Shown here one piece after another: positions 20,133 through 29,702 of a stretch of 64,000 bases of DNA. Each line of letters opens with the position of its first letter. Positions within the stretch are counted from its first letter, which is position 1. The notes beneath the pieces were generated by a model that was not told the origin of the DNA, ran no database searches, and saw only the letters and a list, made by a program, of their open reading frames with translations. The stretch is from Bdellovibrionales bacterium (GTDB lineage Bacteria > Bdellovibrionota > Bdellovibrionia > Bdellovibrionales > UBA1609). Made by a program: the position numbers and the translations under genes. The DNA lies in NCBI GenBank assembly GCA_050246815.1, contig JBFWVI010000012.1, positions 1 through 64,000 of the forward strand. Direction: 5' to 3'.

Positions 20133-20938
20133 AGCTTGCCTCCGGGGATTGTTACCCGCACAAAAGTAAGGGGAATGTCTGTGATAGAACGACTAGCAAG
20201 GGTCTCACGATGGACTGGAAAGTTCGTAGGCGTAGTTGTTGAGGACGAGGAGATGCTTGGTTTTTCGAACACATTTCTGTGTGACTCAAAAAAGGAACTA
20301 CTGCAGCACCAAAGATCCGGATTTGTTTCCACAGCTTCTAAGAACTGTTCTTTATTCTCGCTATAGGCAGCATAATTTCTGAGCGCCTCGATAGCCGCAT
20401 GAAGTTGAGTTTCATCTGCGTTGCCGCCAAGTCCAATACCTAAAAATTTTCGGTCATCCTTTTCAATGAGACAAAGACTCGATTCATAAGCCCAGGCAGG
20501 GCGTAGTTTCATCCACGAAATTGTTCCTCCTCGAGCTATAATTGCTTGCGAAATTTTCTGTGTTTTAGGGAGAGTAATGTCTGAAATGAAAGGTGTTTTT
20601 GTGTTGAGATGCCATCGAAACAAATACCGTTCAATTGCTTCTCGGCCCGCATTATGATCGGCGAACTCGGCAATAGAATGAGCTGCAACTCCTTCGGTTG
20701 AAAGGTCGTTTTCAAAACAAACGAATCGCTCTAAGGCTTCAGCAGCAGCTTTCTCAAAGGCAAGATTTTGATCAGTGGATGATCCTCGGCCAGAATGGCG
20801 ACCGCCTAAAATAGAAATCTCAAAGTCAAAGAGAGGAATGCCGTAGCCAGTTCCCCATTTGAACTCGTGAAACTTGACTTCAAGTTCCGATTTTTTTGAA
20901 ATAAGCCATTTTGCAGCGACTAATGTTTGATCAGCCAT
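20129..20938 (-). CDS. Minimal YcaO-like protein
   Basis: GRGSS...AAAEALERF, STEGVAAH...AGREAIERY and GIGLG...AAIEALR match the ATP-binding motifs of YcaO. Confidence 0.75.
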   Translation of the reverse strand: MADQTLVAAKWLISKKSELEVKFHEFKWGTGYGIPLFDFEISILGGRHSGRGSSTDQNLAFEKAAAEALERFVCFENDLSTEGVAAHSIAEFADHNAGREAIERYLFRWHLNTKTPFISDITLPKTQKISQAIIARGGTISWMKLRPAWAYESSLCLIEKDDRKFLGIGLGGNADETQLHAAIEALRNYAAYSENKEQFLEAVETNPDLWCCSSSFFESHRNVFEKPSISSSSTTTPTNFPVHRETLASRSITDIPLTFVRVTIPGGKL

Positions 20939-22464
20939 AATTGATTATTCGCATAAATTTCTGAAAGTTCCATTTTCCAGGGATTTCTGGCAATCGCGAC
21001 AAATGGCGCGATAACCAGCGGAACGATTGCGGCGTCCGCTAGGGCCTTGAAATGGAGCTCTCGAAGAACTTTTGTTCTTTCCTCTTTGCTTGAAAGCGAC
21101 ATGTAATTGGCCATCCACTGAGAACGTTCAGATTTTTTAAGTCCTAAGAATCCTGTATTCAGTGAATATGAAATCAGGTTGATGTCTTCCATAAAGCCGG
21201 TGTCAGTTCCAGCAATGATCGCATGAGGCATCTCTGAAGGATCTTTGTACACATGAAGGTCCGGAAGAACTTTTTCCAAATAAAGATCGGCTTTGGGCAA
21301 CACTTCTCGAATAGGGGTAGCCCATTGTTCAAAATCACCAGACTTAAATAGTCCAATGCGCAGGTTGGCCGGAGCTTCCCCTTTGACTTGGCCGATTAAG
21401 CGATGAATTTCAGCTTGCTGATTATCGCTAAGGCCGCCGTCTCCAAGTGCCGGAAAAAATTCTTCTGACGGCTGATAGCCAGGAAGTCCTTGATAAATCT
21501 TTGTGAATGCTTCGCGGACTTTTCTTCCGACGATATGGCGCTGTTCAGCTGTAAGTCCCTTTTTTCCCCGATCCGTGAAAATCAGAACAAAGTTTTTGAT
21601 TTTCATGGTCGCATGAAGCTGGACATCAGAATGATTGCGAGCGTAGTTGATAATATCCTCAATTTTGGAAGCATTTGTGGTAAGAAGATGATCGACCTTT
21701 CCTTCGTCAAATAAGGCCAAGGCGCCGGGAGATGCTTTAGGATCGAAGGCCACCATAGTCACTTCCTTCGCTACGCCCTCTTGCGACCGAAAGTGATTCG
21801 GATTTTGTTTCAAGTGTATGGAGCCGTCATCATCTTGCTTGGCTAGGTAATAGAGTCCCGTAGTTTCACTGTAATCCATGATTTCAAGTGTCTTAGGATC
21901 AACTGCAGATTGCGGAATGATAGCGAAGTCGATTGCCGAAAGCATTGGAAGCAGAACGGTCTTCTGCGATCCAGGTTTCAAGACAACAGTGTCGCCGCGA
22001 AGCTCAACACCTTTGCAGCTGTCAGTCACACCTTTCATGACTTCGCCCGGGCAGATTAAATCACGAAAATTGCCATGGGTATTTTGAGAAAGAAGGATCA
22101 CTCGCTTCAGAGAAAAGATAACGTCAGAAGCTGTGACGGGTTTGCCGGATATAGTGCGCAGATCAGAGCGAATCTTAAAATGAAGTTCCGGTCCTTCCCA
22201 CCGAAAAGATTCCGCCAGAGCAGGAAGGACCTGACCGCCTTTAGGATCAATTTCAACAAGTGGTGAATAAAGATTTTCTAGCAAAATGTATTCATAAGCC
22301 ACATGGATGTTTGTGGGCTCAAAAGTTTTGATTGGGCGCTTGGACGGAAATGCCACACGAAGCGTTTCCGTCTGATTTGAATCTGAGTTATTTATTGTAT
22401 AGCCCACAAGCCCTCCAGCCAAAATCAAAAGCCCAATTGTCATCCAGGTTTTCATAGTTGTCAC
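20920..22464 (-). CDS. Family 5 (OppA/DppA-like) solute-binding protein with no transporter partners
   Basis: LYSPLV...PALAESF.W...FKIR...GKPVTASDVIFSL signature; N-terminal hydrophobic anchor. Confidence 0.85.
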   Translation of the reverse strand: MTTMKTWMTIGLLILAGGLVGYTINNSDSNQTETLRVAFPSKRPIKTFEPTNIHVAYEYILLENLYSPLVEIDPKGGQVLPALAESFRWEGPELHFKIRSDLRTISGKPVTASDVIFSLKRVILLSQNTHGNFRDLICPGEVMKGVTDSCKGVELRGDTVVLKPGSQKTVLLPMLSAIDFAIIPQSAVDPKTLEIMDYSETTGLYYLAKQDDDGSIHLKQNPNHFRSQEGVAKEVTMVAFDPKASPGALALFDEGKVDHLLTTNASKIEDIINYARNHSDVQLHATMKIKNFVLIFTDRGKKGLTAEQRHIVGRKVREAFTKIYQGLPGYQPSEEFFPALGDGGLSDNQQAEIHRLIGQVKGEAPANLRIGLFKSGDFEQWATPIREVLPKADLYLEKVLPDLHVYKDPSEMPHAIIAGTDTGFMEDINLISYSLNTGFLGLKKSERSQWMANYMSLSSKEERTKVLRELHFKALADAAIVPLVIAPFVAIARNPWKMELSEIYANNQLWLIKH

Positions 22465-22769
22465 TTTTCCGACGGTATCGCCGCAACTGGATCAACGCAG
22501 ATGACACCTTCCTTCATTGGAACGGTTTGAATCACACCTTCACGGCGAAGCTCCTCAACCAAGTCTTTGTTAATTTTAAGACCCTTCGCTGGCCGAACGG
22601 TCAGCGCGCGGGATTGCAAAAGAACCATCAATGCTTGTTTGATGGTTTCTTTGTCGTAAACGCGGGTATCGATCTGATTTTGACCTTCCGTGTTTTCGCA
22701 TTCCGCTGACCAAGCGGTATGGCTCAACATCAAAACCAGAAGCAAGGCTGTTACGTTTGATTTTTTCAT
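22461..22769 (-). CDS. Small secreted protein (candidate signal or RiPP precursor)
   Basis: Sec signal peptide ending AWSA; 4-nt overlaps with both neighbours; C-terminal EGVICVDP. Confidence 0.7.
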   Translation of the reverse strand: MKKSNVTALLLVLMLSHTAWSAECENTEGQNQIDTRVYDKETIKQALMVLLQSRALTVRPAKGLKINKDLVEELRREGVIQTVPMKEGVICVDPVAAIPSEK

Positions 22770-24172
22770 TGTTCACTCCCTTTTTGTTCAAATGGATTTT
22801 CAATTTCTAAAGCTCTCATTCTCGATCTCAGCATACTGCGGGCAATTCCCAGCCGGTCCGCCGCCTCAGTCAAACTCTTCGAGGCGTTTAAGGCGCGCTG
22901 GACAAGTTGCTTCTCTTCGCTGACGGTGCGAAGTCGCCAGATTTCATAATCAATCTCGGCGGCGAACTTTTTCTTTGGAGTTTTCGGCTCCATTTGCGTT
23001 GTGGCTCTCTCAAAGGCGTCTTCGGTTATGACTTTTCCGTCGGTCATTAAGTGCATTCGAGAAATCACATGCGAAAGCTCACGGATGTTTCCAGGCCAAG
23101 GTTGTTTCATCATCAGGCTTGCGCACGAAGACAAAATTTCCTTCTGTTCGCCTGTGACTTCGTTTTCTTTTTTAAGGAAAAATTCGATCAAGCACGGAAT
23201 GTCCTCGGGCCTGTTGCGAAGTGGTTCAAGCGTGATTAGTAGAGCGTTGATTCGATAGAAAAGATCCTGACGAAATCTGCCACCAGCGATCATTTCTTCA
23301 AGAGGAGCATTGGTCGCGGTGATGACGCGAACTTTTACCTTCTTCGGAACATTTGAGCCAACGGGAGTAATTTCTCCTTCTTGAAGAACGCGAAGTAGAG
23401 TGGCCTGCAAATGGATTGGCAGTTCACCAATTTCGTCCAAGAAAAGTGTACCGCCATTGGCGGCTTGAAATTTTCCAACTCGGTCTTTAGTTGCTCCGGT
23501 GAATGAGCCGCGTTCATGCCCAAAGAGTTCAGATTCGATCAATTCAGCCGGAATTGCTCCGCAGTTGACTGCGATGAACGGCCCCAGACGACAGGTCGAA
23601 TTGTCATGAAGCGCGCGAGCTATGCGCTCTTTTCCAGTTCCGTTTTCACCACGGATCAGAACTGACTGATAAGAAGGGGCGTATTTGAGAACTAGCTGGG
23701 ACACGTCGGCCAAATGGTTCGATGCTCCTTCCATACGAAGACTTTGAATCAGTTTTCGATTTTCGGTTGGGCTCGCAGCCGGAAGGACTTTGTTTTTCTT
23801 TTCGTACTCACGGCAAATTCGGTGAATGATTCCGAGAAGCTTTTCGTTACCGGTGTCTTTGGCGACGAACATCAGTGCGCCGGAATCGAGCGACTCGTTA
23901 TGCGCTTCGATCCCGTCGTCGCATGAAAATCCCAGCAGATGGAGTTTGGAATCGAATTCTCGAATTTTAGAAATGACCTCGGGTCCCTTAATACCCGGCA
24001 TGTGGTAATCCACCAAAGCTAATGAGAAAGGGACAACTTTTTGCCGGACAAGTGCCACGCCCTCATCGCCGGTTTCAACGGCCTTTACGAAGAAACCTTC
24101 ATCTTCAAGGAATGTCTTCATGGATGAACGGACCGAAGAGTCGTCATCTATAAGTAGGATGTTGTGCTTCAT
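22766..24172 (-). CDS. NtrC-family sigma54-dependent response regulator
   Basis: Receiver LIDDD...VDYHMP; AAA+ GENGTGKE, ESELFGHERGSFTGA, FLDEIGEL, WPGNIREL; C-terminal Fis-type HTH. Confidence 0.95.
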   Translation of the reverse strand: MKHNILLIDDDSSVRSSMKTFLEDEGFFVKAVETGDEGVALVRQKVVPFSLALVDYHMPGIKGPEVISKIREFDSKLHLLGFSCDDGIEAHNESLDSGALMFVAKDTGNEKLLGIIHRICREYEKKNKVLPAASPTENRKLIQSLRMEGASNHLADVSQLVLKYAPSYQSVLIRGENGTGKERIARALHDNSTCRLGPFIAVNCGAIPAELIESELFGHERGSFTGATKDRVGKFQAANGGTLFLDEIGELPIHLQATLLRVLQEGEITPVGSNVPKKVKVRVITATNAPLEEMIAGGRFRQDLFYRINALLITLEPLRNRPEDIPCLIEFFLKKENEVTGEQKEILSSCASLMMKQPWPGNIRELSHVISRMHLMTDGKVITEDAFERATTQMEPKTPKKKFAAEIDYEIWRLRTVSEEKQLVQRALNASKSLTEAADRLGIARSMLRSRMRALEIENPFEQKGSEQ

Positions 24173-24200
24173 TGGCTTACCCCCACGCCGCTAAGAAGCA

Positions 24201-24218
24201 TTACAAATTCAGTGCCTA
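24201..24218 (-). promoter_or_regulatory. Candidate sigma54-like promoter of the signalling operon
   Basis: Minus strand TAGGCACTGAATTTGTAA: strong -24 (GGCAC), variant -12 (TTGT). Confidence 0.4.
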
Positions 24219-24385
24219 GAAATTGAACACGGCAAAATAGTCCTTATTTACTCTGGTTCGATTTGGCGGTGGAAGTGTCTGACTTTTGAAGGCTCTGCCA
24301 TGTAAGAAGTGCATGGTCGTAATGTCACCAGATCGGGCGAAGATCGTAAGTGCATGATTGGAAAAGAGAATCAAGAATCGGAGAG

Positions 24386-24401
24386 TGGATTATTTGAGCC
24401 A
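24386..24401. promoter_or_regulatory. Fourth copy of the palindromic box (TGGATTATTTGAGCCA)
   Basis: 12/16 identical to the 18522-18537 box; upstream of the regulator gene. Confidence 0.45.
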
Positions 24402-24548
24402 TGCTATCAATTAGACTTAGATCGTAAGCAATATCACCAACAACCCTTCAAAGATCAGATCGGGACATCATATAAGAAATAGTTTTAGCATTCGATGTGA
24501 CACAGGCGCGCTACACGCTAAATTTTGCTTATTTGGGGAAATTTGAAG

Positions 24549-25460
24549 TTAACACTTCACAGCTATAATCGGCAATCCTGCGACTGCAAGCGTGTCTCTT
24601 AGGGTGTTGCCCCAAACAGCCGTCACAAATCGATTCTTGGTTCTAGAACCCATGATCAGTAGCGAATAGTTCCCTTCTTGAACAGCAATGACGGACTCCG
24701 CGACGGAGCGAGCCTCTGTGTCCAATATAAATTCACATTCTACGCCGTGTTCTTCGAAGAATTTTTGTTTTGCGAGAAGTGCTTCTCGTGATTGTCTTTC
24801 GATTGTCTGAATTGTTTCCTCAAAAATGAGGGGTACTGCACCTGCCTGAATGGCGGCGTCTTCCATTGATTTGTATGTTCGCCAAGTATTGTGGATGAGA
24901 GTGACGGAACTTCCTATTCTCTTAGCAAACGACATAGCGTAAGTTTCGACGGATTGAGATCGATCCGATAAATCGGTGGCCACTAAGATTCTGCCATCAA
25001 TCGAAAGTTCCGATTTTTTCTCCCAGCTCGCAATTGCTTGTGAACTCAGGAGAGCCAAGGGCTTTTCAGAGTTTTTCGCAAGCTCCTCTGTCACAGACCC
25101 TAAGTAAAGACGCTTAATTATTCCTATTCCTCGAACACCTAGAACGTAGATTTCAACAGGAGAATCTGTATCACTACCTAATTTCAAAAGTTCGGAAACG
25201 GGTGCACCTGATTTTAAACTAAAAATCCAACTCCGGTTTTTAGCTAATTCTCGAAGGTGTTCAAGTTCTTGCGGATTAACCTTTGAGTGATCTTCAATAT
25301 TTCCCTTTGAAGGCGATACATAGATCAGATGCACGGAAGATTTTAGTCGCTTCTCTAAAGCATGAGCGAAGTTTGATAGTGCAACAGCCCTACTTCTTCC
25401 GGTGTCGGATGAATCCTCTAGATCAATCCCTACAATTATTTGTCCGTGCATTGAAGACAT
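24549..25460 (-). CDS. Tandem-domain universal stress protein
   Basis: IIVGID...LGSVTEEL and ILVATDLS...LLIMGSR...GNT USP motifs; ATG 25460 after gagg. Confidence 0.88.
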   Translation of the reverse strand: MSSMHGQIIVGIDLEDSSDTGRSRAVALSNFAHALEKRLKSSVHLIYVSPSKGNIEDHSKVNPQELEHLRELAKNRSWIFSLKSGAPVSELLKLGSDTDSPVEIYVLGVRGIGIIKRLYLGSVTEELAKNSEKPLALLSSQAIASWEKKSELSIDGRILVATDLSDRSQSVETYAMSFAKRIGSSVTLIHNTWRTYKSMEDAAIQAGAVPLIFEETIQTIERQSREALLAKQKFFEEHGVECEFILDTEARSVAESVIAVQEGNYSLLIMGSRTKNRFVTAVWGNTLRDTLAVAGLPIIAVKC

Positions 25461-25467
25461 AAGACCT

Positions 25468-26796
25468 CTAATTTCCTTGCAGGCTTGGTAAGTCCAAGCT
25501 TTTTCCCAAAGCAAGTTCAAGATTTGAGATTGATTCAACTGCATCGATCTGAGCATGTACCACTTTTGCCTTTGCTACATTCAAGTCATGTTCAGCATCG
25601 AGGACTTCGGTATTGGTTCTTGTTCCGGCACGAACAGCAGATTTAGCAAGCCGAATGGTTTCCTCAGATTTTTTGATACCGCTTAGGCCCGACTGATAGA
25701 CGGCTATCCCGTGAGCGAGTTTTCGTTTCCAAAAATCAATGTCGACCGGAATAGATTGATTAAGAGATCTCAGGCCTTCTTGGGTTTTCTTAAGTTCTTC
25801 GAGTGCAATCCTTCGTTCGGCGGTGGATGCACCACCGTCGAATAAATTCCAGTTTAACATTACGCCAACCGTGTAGGCGTCTTTGAATCTTGAGTTCCCA
25901 CCTATGTCTGAACTTTCAAAGTTGTACCATTCCTGCTGCCCAAACAGATAAATCTTCGGAGACCACGCCGAAAGACTTGCGCTGGATTTAGCCATCGCGC
26001 CTTCTTCTCTCTCACGAAGAGCTCTTTGATCAACCCGATCAGCTTTCGCAAGATCCAATTTCTTTAGCATCTCCTGTTCTAAAGTCGGAAGTTTTCCTTG
26101 GAGAGGACCAGCGATTGAATCGACGCCTAAGACGCGCGCTAACTGAGCGATTGATAAAACTGCATTATCCTCAGCCGCGAGTAAATCCGTTTGGGCATCC
26201 TGAAGCTGCACCTCTACTTTTAAGAGATCCAACTTTGTAGCGACTCCGCCTTTGATCATGTTTTTGACATCTTCAAGGTGAGCCTCGAGCATCGCCACAC
26301 TTTGTTTTGCCACTTCAACTAGAGCTTGCGAACCGAGGGCTTTAAAATATTGAACTCGGACTTTTTGATTGAGATCAAACTCTGCTCGCTCAAGTTCTAA
26401 CTCTTTAGCGGAACGTTCATACTTAGCCGATCTATAATTGTTCCATGTGCCAAATCCGTCGAATACTAAGAGGGATGCTCCCAGTGTCGCCTGAGACAAA
26501 GGCTGACGAACTGGGAACTCAATAGGCGAAGGACCAAGGCTCACTTCCATAACTTGAAATTTCTGATCTAAAAGGTGACGAGCAGTCGCATTGACTTGAG
26601 GAAGTTGAGGGGCGAGAGCTTTTGTGACTTTAGCCCTTGAGATTTCAACGTCTGAATTCATTTGCCGAATACTTGGATTGTTCTCACGCGCCGTCTTTTG
26701 AGCCTCTGAAAGCGTTAATTGCTGCCCCCAAGAAGCGGAAGAGTAAAGGAGTGCAATTATTGGAAAAATCTTTTTAAAACTAACTTTAGTATTCAT
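25468..26796 (-). CDS. TolC-family outer-membrane efflux protein
   Basis: Signal peptide; LSEAQKTARENNP, GVATKLDLLKVE, WNLFDGG, GTRTNTEVLDAE repeats. Confidence 0.92.
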   Translation of the reverse strand: MNTKVSFKKIFPIIALLYSSASWGQQLTLSEAQKTARENNPSIRQMNSDVEISRAKVTKALAPQLPQVNATARHLLDQKFQVMEVSLGPSPIEFPVRQPLSQATLGASLLVFDGFGTWNNYRSAKYERSAKELELERAEFDLNQKVRVQYFKALGSQALVEVAKQSVAMLEAHLEDVKNMIKGGVATKLDLLKVEVQLQDAQTDLLAAEDNAVLSIAQLARVLGVDSIAGPLQGKLPTLEQEMLKKLDLAKADRVDQRALREREEGAMAKSSASLSAWSPKIYLFGQQEWYNFESSDIGGNSRFKDAYTVGVMLNWNLFDGGASTAERRIALEELKKTQEGLRSLNQSIPVDIDFWKRKLAHGIAVYQSGLSGIKKSEETIRLAKSAVRAGTRTNTEVLDAEHDLNVAKAKVVHAQIDAVESISNLELALGKSLDLPSLQGN

Positions 26797-26804
26797 AGCC
26801 TGTC

Positions 26805-28370
26805 CTATTCCATAATCATTGGTTCTTCGGATTTGTGCTGCGGAGGATCGCCCGGCAAAAACAAAGCCGGTAAGATGGTTACAGCCACAATGATGGAACC
26901 AGTTAAAAACGAATCTTGAAAGGCACGCTCAGAAGCTCGCATGGCACCAGCCTTAGCAATAAAGCTTTTTGCGATGAGTGCTGCGTTTGCATGAGAATAT
27001 CCAATGGCGTGAGCACGTTCGGCCAAGTTTCTTACACCCTCTTGAAAAATCGGAGAGGAAGAATTCATCAAGCTGCCAGCTACTGAAAGATGATGGTGAA
27101 TTCTGTTGCTCAGAACAGTTGCCAGTACTGCAATCCCAAGCGATCCACCCACTTGCTGAACGATATTCATCATCGATGACGCCATTCCGGCTTTCTGTTT
27201 AGGAACTGCGTTCATCATCGTAGCCATGAGGGGAGCCATCAAAAAAGAAATGCCAAAGCCACGAACGAGAGTGGGTAAAATGATATGCCAATTACTCGTG
27301 TCTTGGTTGATGTCGCGGTACATATACATAAAGACAGCTAGTGCGGTAAGCCCTGCTAACGCCAGATAACGAGGCCCAATCTTTTCACTCAGCCGTCCCG
27401 CCATAGGCATAAAAAATCCGATAATGAGAGATCCTGGCAGAAGAATGAGTCCACTTTCAATCTCATCAAGCCCTTTCACTTGCTGTAAAAAAACAGGAAG
27501 AAGAAAAACTCCGCCAAATAGAGCCATGGATCTTGTGGCCGTTAAAATCATGCTGACTGTAAACACAGGAAACTTAAATAATTCTAAATCAATGACACGA
27601 TAGGGAACTTGAGACTCCACAAGCAGAAAAATAACAAAGCTAAAAAAAGCGATGATCCCGCACCAGACGATGAGTGGCGAAGTCCATCCTTCATGCTCTC
27701 CCTTAGAAATTCCAAACAAGAATGAAATTAAGAATATGGTCAGAAACGCAAAACCCCACCCATCAAATCGCCGATGCTCTGTGTGATGAGGTTTATCAGG
27801 CGCTAAAATACTCGTCGCCATCAGAACACCGGCAATGCCGATGGGTAAATTGATAAGGAAAATAGAAGGCCATCCGAAAACTTTCGTTAAATAACCTCCA
27901 ACCGTAGGACCAAATGCCGGTCCAACGATGACGCCGATTCCCCAATAACCCATGGCACGGCCTCTCTCGTGGGGCTCAAAGACTTCAGAAATCATGGCCA
28001 TACCAGTGGGAGTAAGTGCGCCGCCTCCAATGGCCTGAATAATTCTAGCAATGACGAGTGACGGAGTATCCCACGCAAGCCCGCAAAGAACCGAGCCTGC
28101 AGTGAAAATAATAAGACTACCAATATAAAGCTGTTTATGGCCGACCCGCTCTCTGAACCAAGCCGTCAGCGGCATAAGGGCTGCAAAGGCGAGCATATAG
28201 CCCGTCACAACCCATTCGATATCGTCGAGACTTGCACCGAAGTCAGCCATGATAGCAGGGATTGAGACATTCACGATGCTTGTATCAAGTGCGGCCATCA
28301 TGGTGCCAATCATCACCACCACGAGAACTCGCCATTTGTACCGACCGTCAACACCGGCTACTGGTTTCAT
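26805..28370 (-). CDS. emrB: DHA2 family MFS efflux permease (EmrB/QacA)
   Basis: LDTSIVNVSIP, ARIIQAIGGG, GPAFGPTVGGYL, FLINLPIG; 14-TM type. Confidence 0.92.
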   Translation of the reverse strand: MKPVAGVDGRYKWRVLVVVMIGTMMAALDTSIVNVSIPAIMADFGASLDDIEWVVTGYMLAFAALMPLTAWFRERVGHKQLYIGSLIIFTAGSVLCGLAWDTPSLVIARIIQAIGGGALTPTGMAMISEVFEPHERGRAMGYWGIGVIVGPAFGPTVGGYLTKVFGWPSIFLINLPIGIAGVLMATSILAPDKPHHTEHRRFDGWGFAFLTIFLISFLFGISKGEHEGWTSPLIVWCGIIAFFSFVIFLLVESQVPYRVIDLELFKFPVFTVSMILTATRSMALFGGVFLLPVFLQQVKGLDEIESGLILLPGSLIIGFFMPMAGRLSEKIGPRYLALAGLTALAVFMYMYRDINQDTSNWHIILPTLVRGFGISFLMAPLMATMMNAVPKQKAGMASSMMNIVQQVGGSLGIAVLATVLSNRIHHHLSVAGSLMNSSSPIFQEGVRNLAERAHAIGYSHANAALIAKSFIAKAGAMRASERAFQDSFLTGSIIVAVTILPALFLPGDPPQHKSEEPMIME

Positions 28371-28372
28371 AC

Positions 28373-29251
28373 TTAGTGCACTCTTACTTTGATCTCAACT
28401 GACTGACCGACGCGCAGATGGGATCCTTGTCCGGCCTCAAGGGCGACTTTCACAGGAATTCTTTGAACGACCTTAGTAAAGTTTCCAGCCGCATTGTCAC
28501 TCGGAATAAGAGCAAATTGTGAGGCGGTAGCAGATCTAACTTCGCTAATCCTTCCTTGAAGCTCGCCACCTTCATCAATAGAAATATGGACAGGTTGGCC
28601 AACCTTCACCAATCCAACAGATGTTTCTTCGATGTTTGCTGAAATCCAAGCGTGATCCGCATCAGCGACAGAAAGGGCAGTCTGTCCCGCCTCGAGAATA
28701 TTTCCGACTTCTGCCACTTTTTGAATAACCACACCATCAAAAGGACTTTTCAAAAAAGTATTTTCTAAAGCAACTTCAGATTCATTCAGATCAGCTTTTG
28801 CTGAATCATAGTTGGATCTTGCGTTGTCTAAATTCTGCGGAGTGACGGAACCTTGCTTGAAAAGCTGCTGCATTCGTTGAAATTCTCTTTCAGCAAAATC
28901 TGCTTTTGCTTTTGCTCGGTCGTACTTTGCTTGCGGAGCACGGTGATCAAGTTCAACAAGCACATCGCCGGCCTTAACTCTGGTGCCTTCTTCGACATTC
29001 ACTTTCGTCACCCGCCCGCCAGTTCCGAAGGAAGCCACTCGTACAATCGTCATGGCAACTCGCGCGTCATCGGTTGAAACAAAAGGGTAAAACAAAATTC
29101 GCCACAACACCGTCCCGGCCACCGCAATCACAAGTAGTGCTGCGCCGACTCGTTTAGATTTAGTCGATTGCCACCACTTCATTTGCTCTTTTTCTTCAGT
29201 AACAGCATTGCTGATAGGGCGCTCCATAGTTAAATTTCCACTATTTGACAT
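28373..29251 (-). CDS. emrA: EmrA/HlyD-family membrane fusion protein
   Basis: STDDARV, VKAGDVLVELD, SPFDGVV, FALIPSDNAAGNFTKVVQRIPVK. Confidence 0.92.
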   Translation of the reverse strand: MSNSGNLTMERPISNAVTEEKEQMKWWQSTKSKRVGAALLVIAVAGTVLWRILFYPFVSTDDARVAMTIVRVASFGTGGRVTKVNVEEGTRVKAGDVLVELDHRAPQAKYDRAKAKADFAEREFQRMQQLFKQGSVTPQNLDNARSNYDSAKADLNESEVALENTFLKSPFDGVVIQKVAEVGNILEAGQTALSVADADHAWISANIEETSVGLVKVGQPVHISIDEGGELQGRISEVRSATASQFALIPSDNAAGNFTKVVQRIPVKVALEAGQGSHLRVGQSVEIKVRVH

Positions 29252-29695
29252 TTAAGACTCCACATTTGTTTCCATTATTTTACAATTTTCAGAACTAATC
29301 CCATTTTCAATTTTAGTAAGTAGTCGCAAAAGTTCCTTTTGCTCTTTTGGCTCAAGAACAGAGGCCAGGTGGTCTGCAATTAGCCCGTATGTTTTTTCGA
29401 TTTTTGAAAAATTGCGAGAACCTTTCGCCGAAAGCGTAATAAATATTTGCCTTCTGTCGGAGACCCCGTGCTCTCGTTGCAGCCAGCCAGCAGCCACCAG
29501 CGAACTGACAATGCGGGTGACAGATGCTTTGTCGCTGTTTGTTCCATCAGCGATTTCGGCCATCGTGCATTGTTTTCGCTTACCGACCAGTCTTAATGCG
29601 ACAAGTTGCTTTGGCCCAAAGCCGAGCTCGCGAAGATAATGAACGGCCATGCGCCCGACAGCTCTTCGAGCACTACCATATTTCTCAAGAAGCAT
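29252..29695 (-). CDS. MarR-family transcriptional regulator
   Basis: DKASVTRIVSSLVAAGWL.R...DRRQIFITLSAKG; start chosen downstream of the promoter and operators. Confidence 0.9.
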   Translation of the reverse strand: MLLEKYGSARRAVGRMAVHYLRELGFGPKQLVALRLVGKRKQCTMAEIADGTNSDKASVTRIVSSLVAAGWLQREHGVSDRRQIFITLSAKGSRNFSKIEKTYGLIADHLASVLEPKEQKELLRLLTKIENGISSENCKIMETNVES

Positions 29696-29702
29696 GACAT
29701 TA

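Noticed and set aside
20129..22769. YcaO locus as an antibiotic (LAP/thiopeptide) cluster
   Set aside because: No dehydrogenase, dehydratase, protease or dedicated exporter, and no Cys/Ser/Thr-rich core; the context is signalling.
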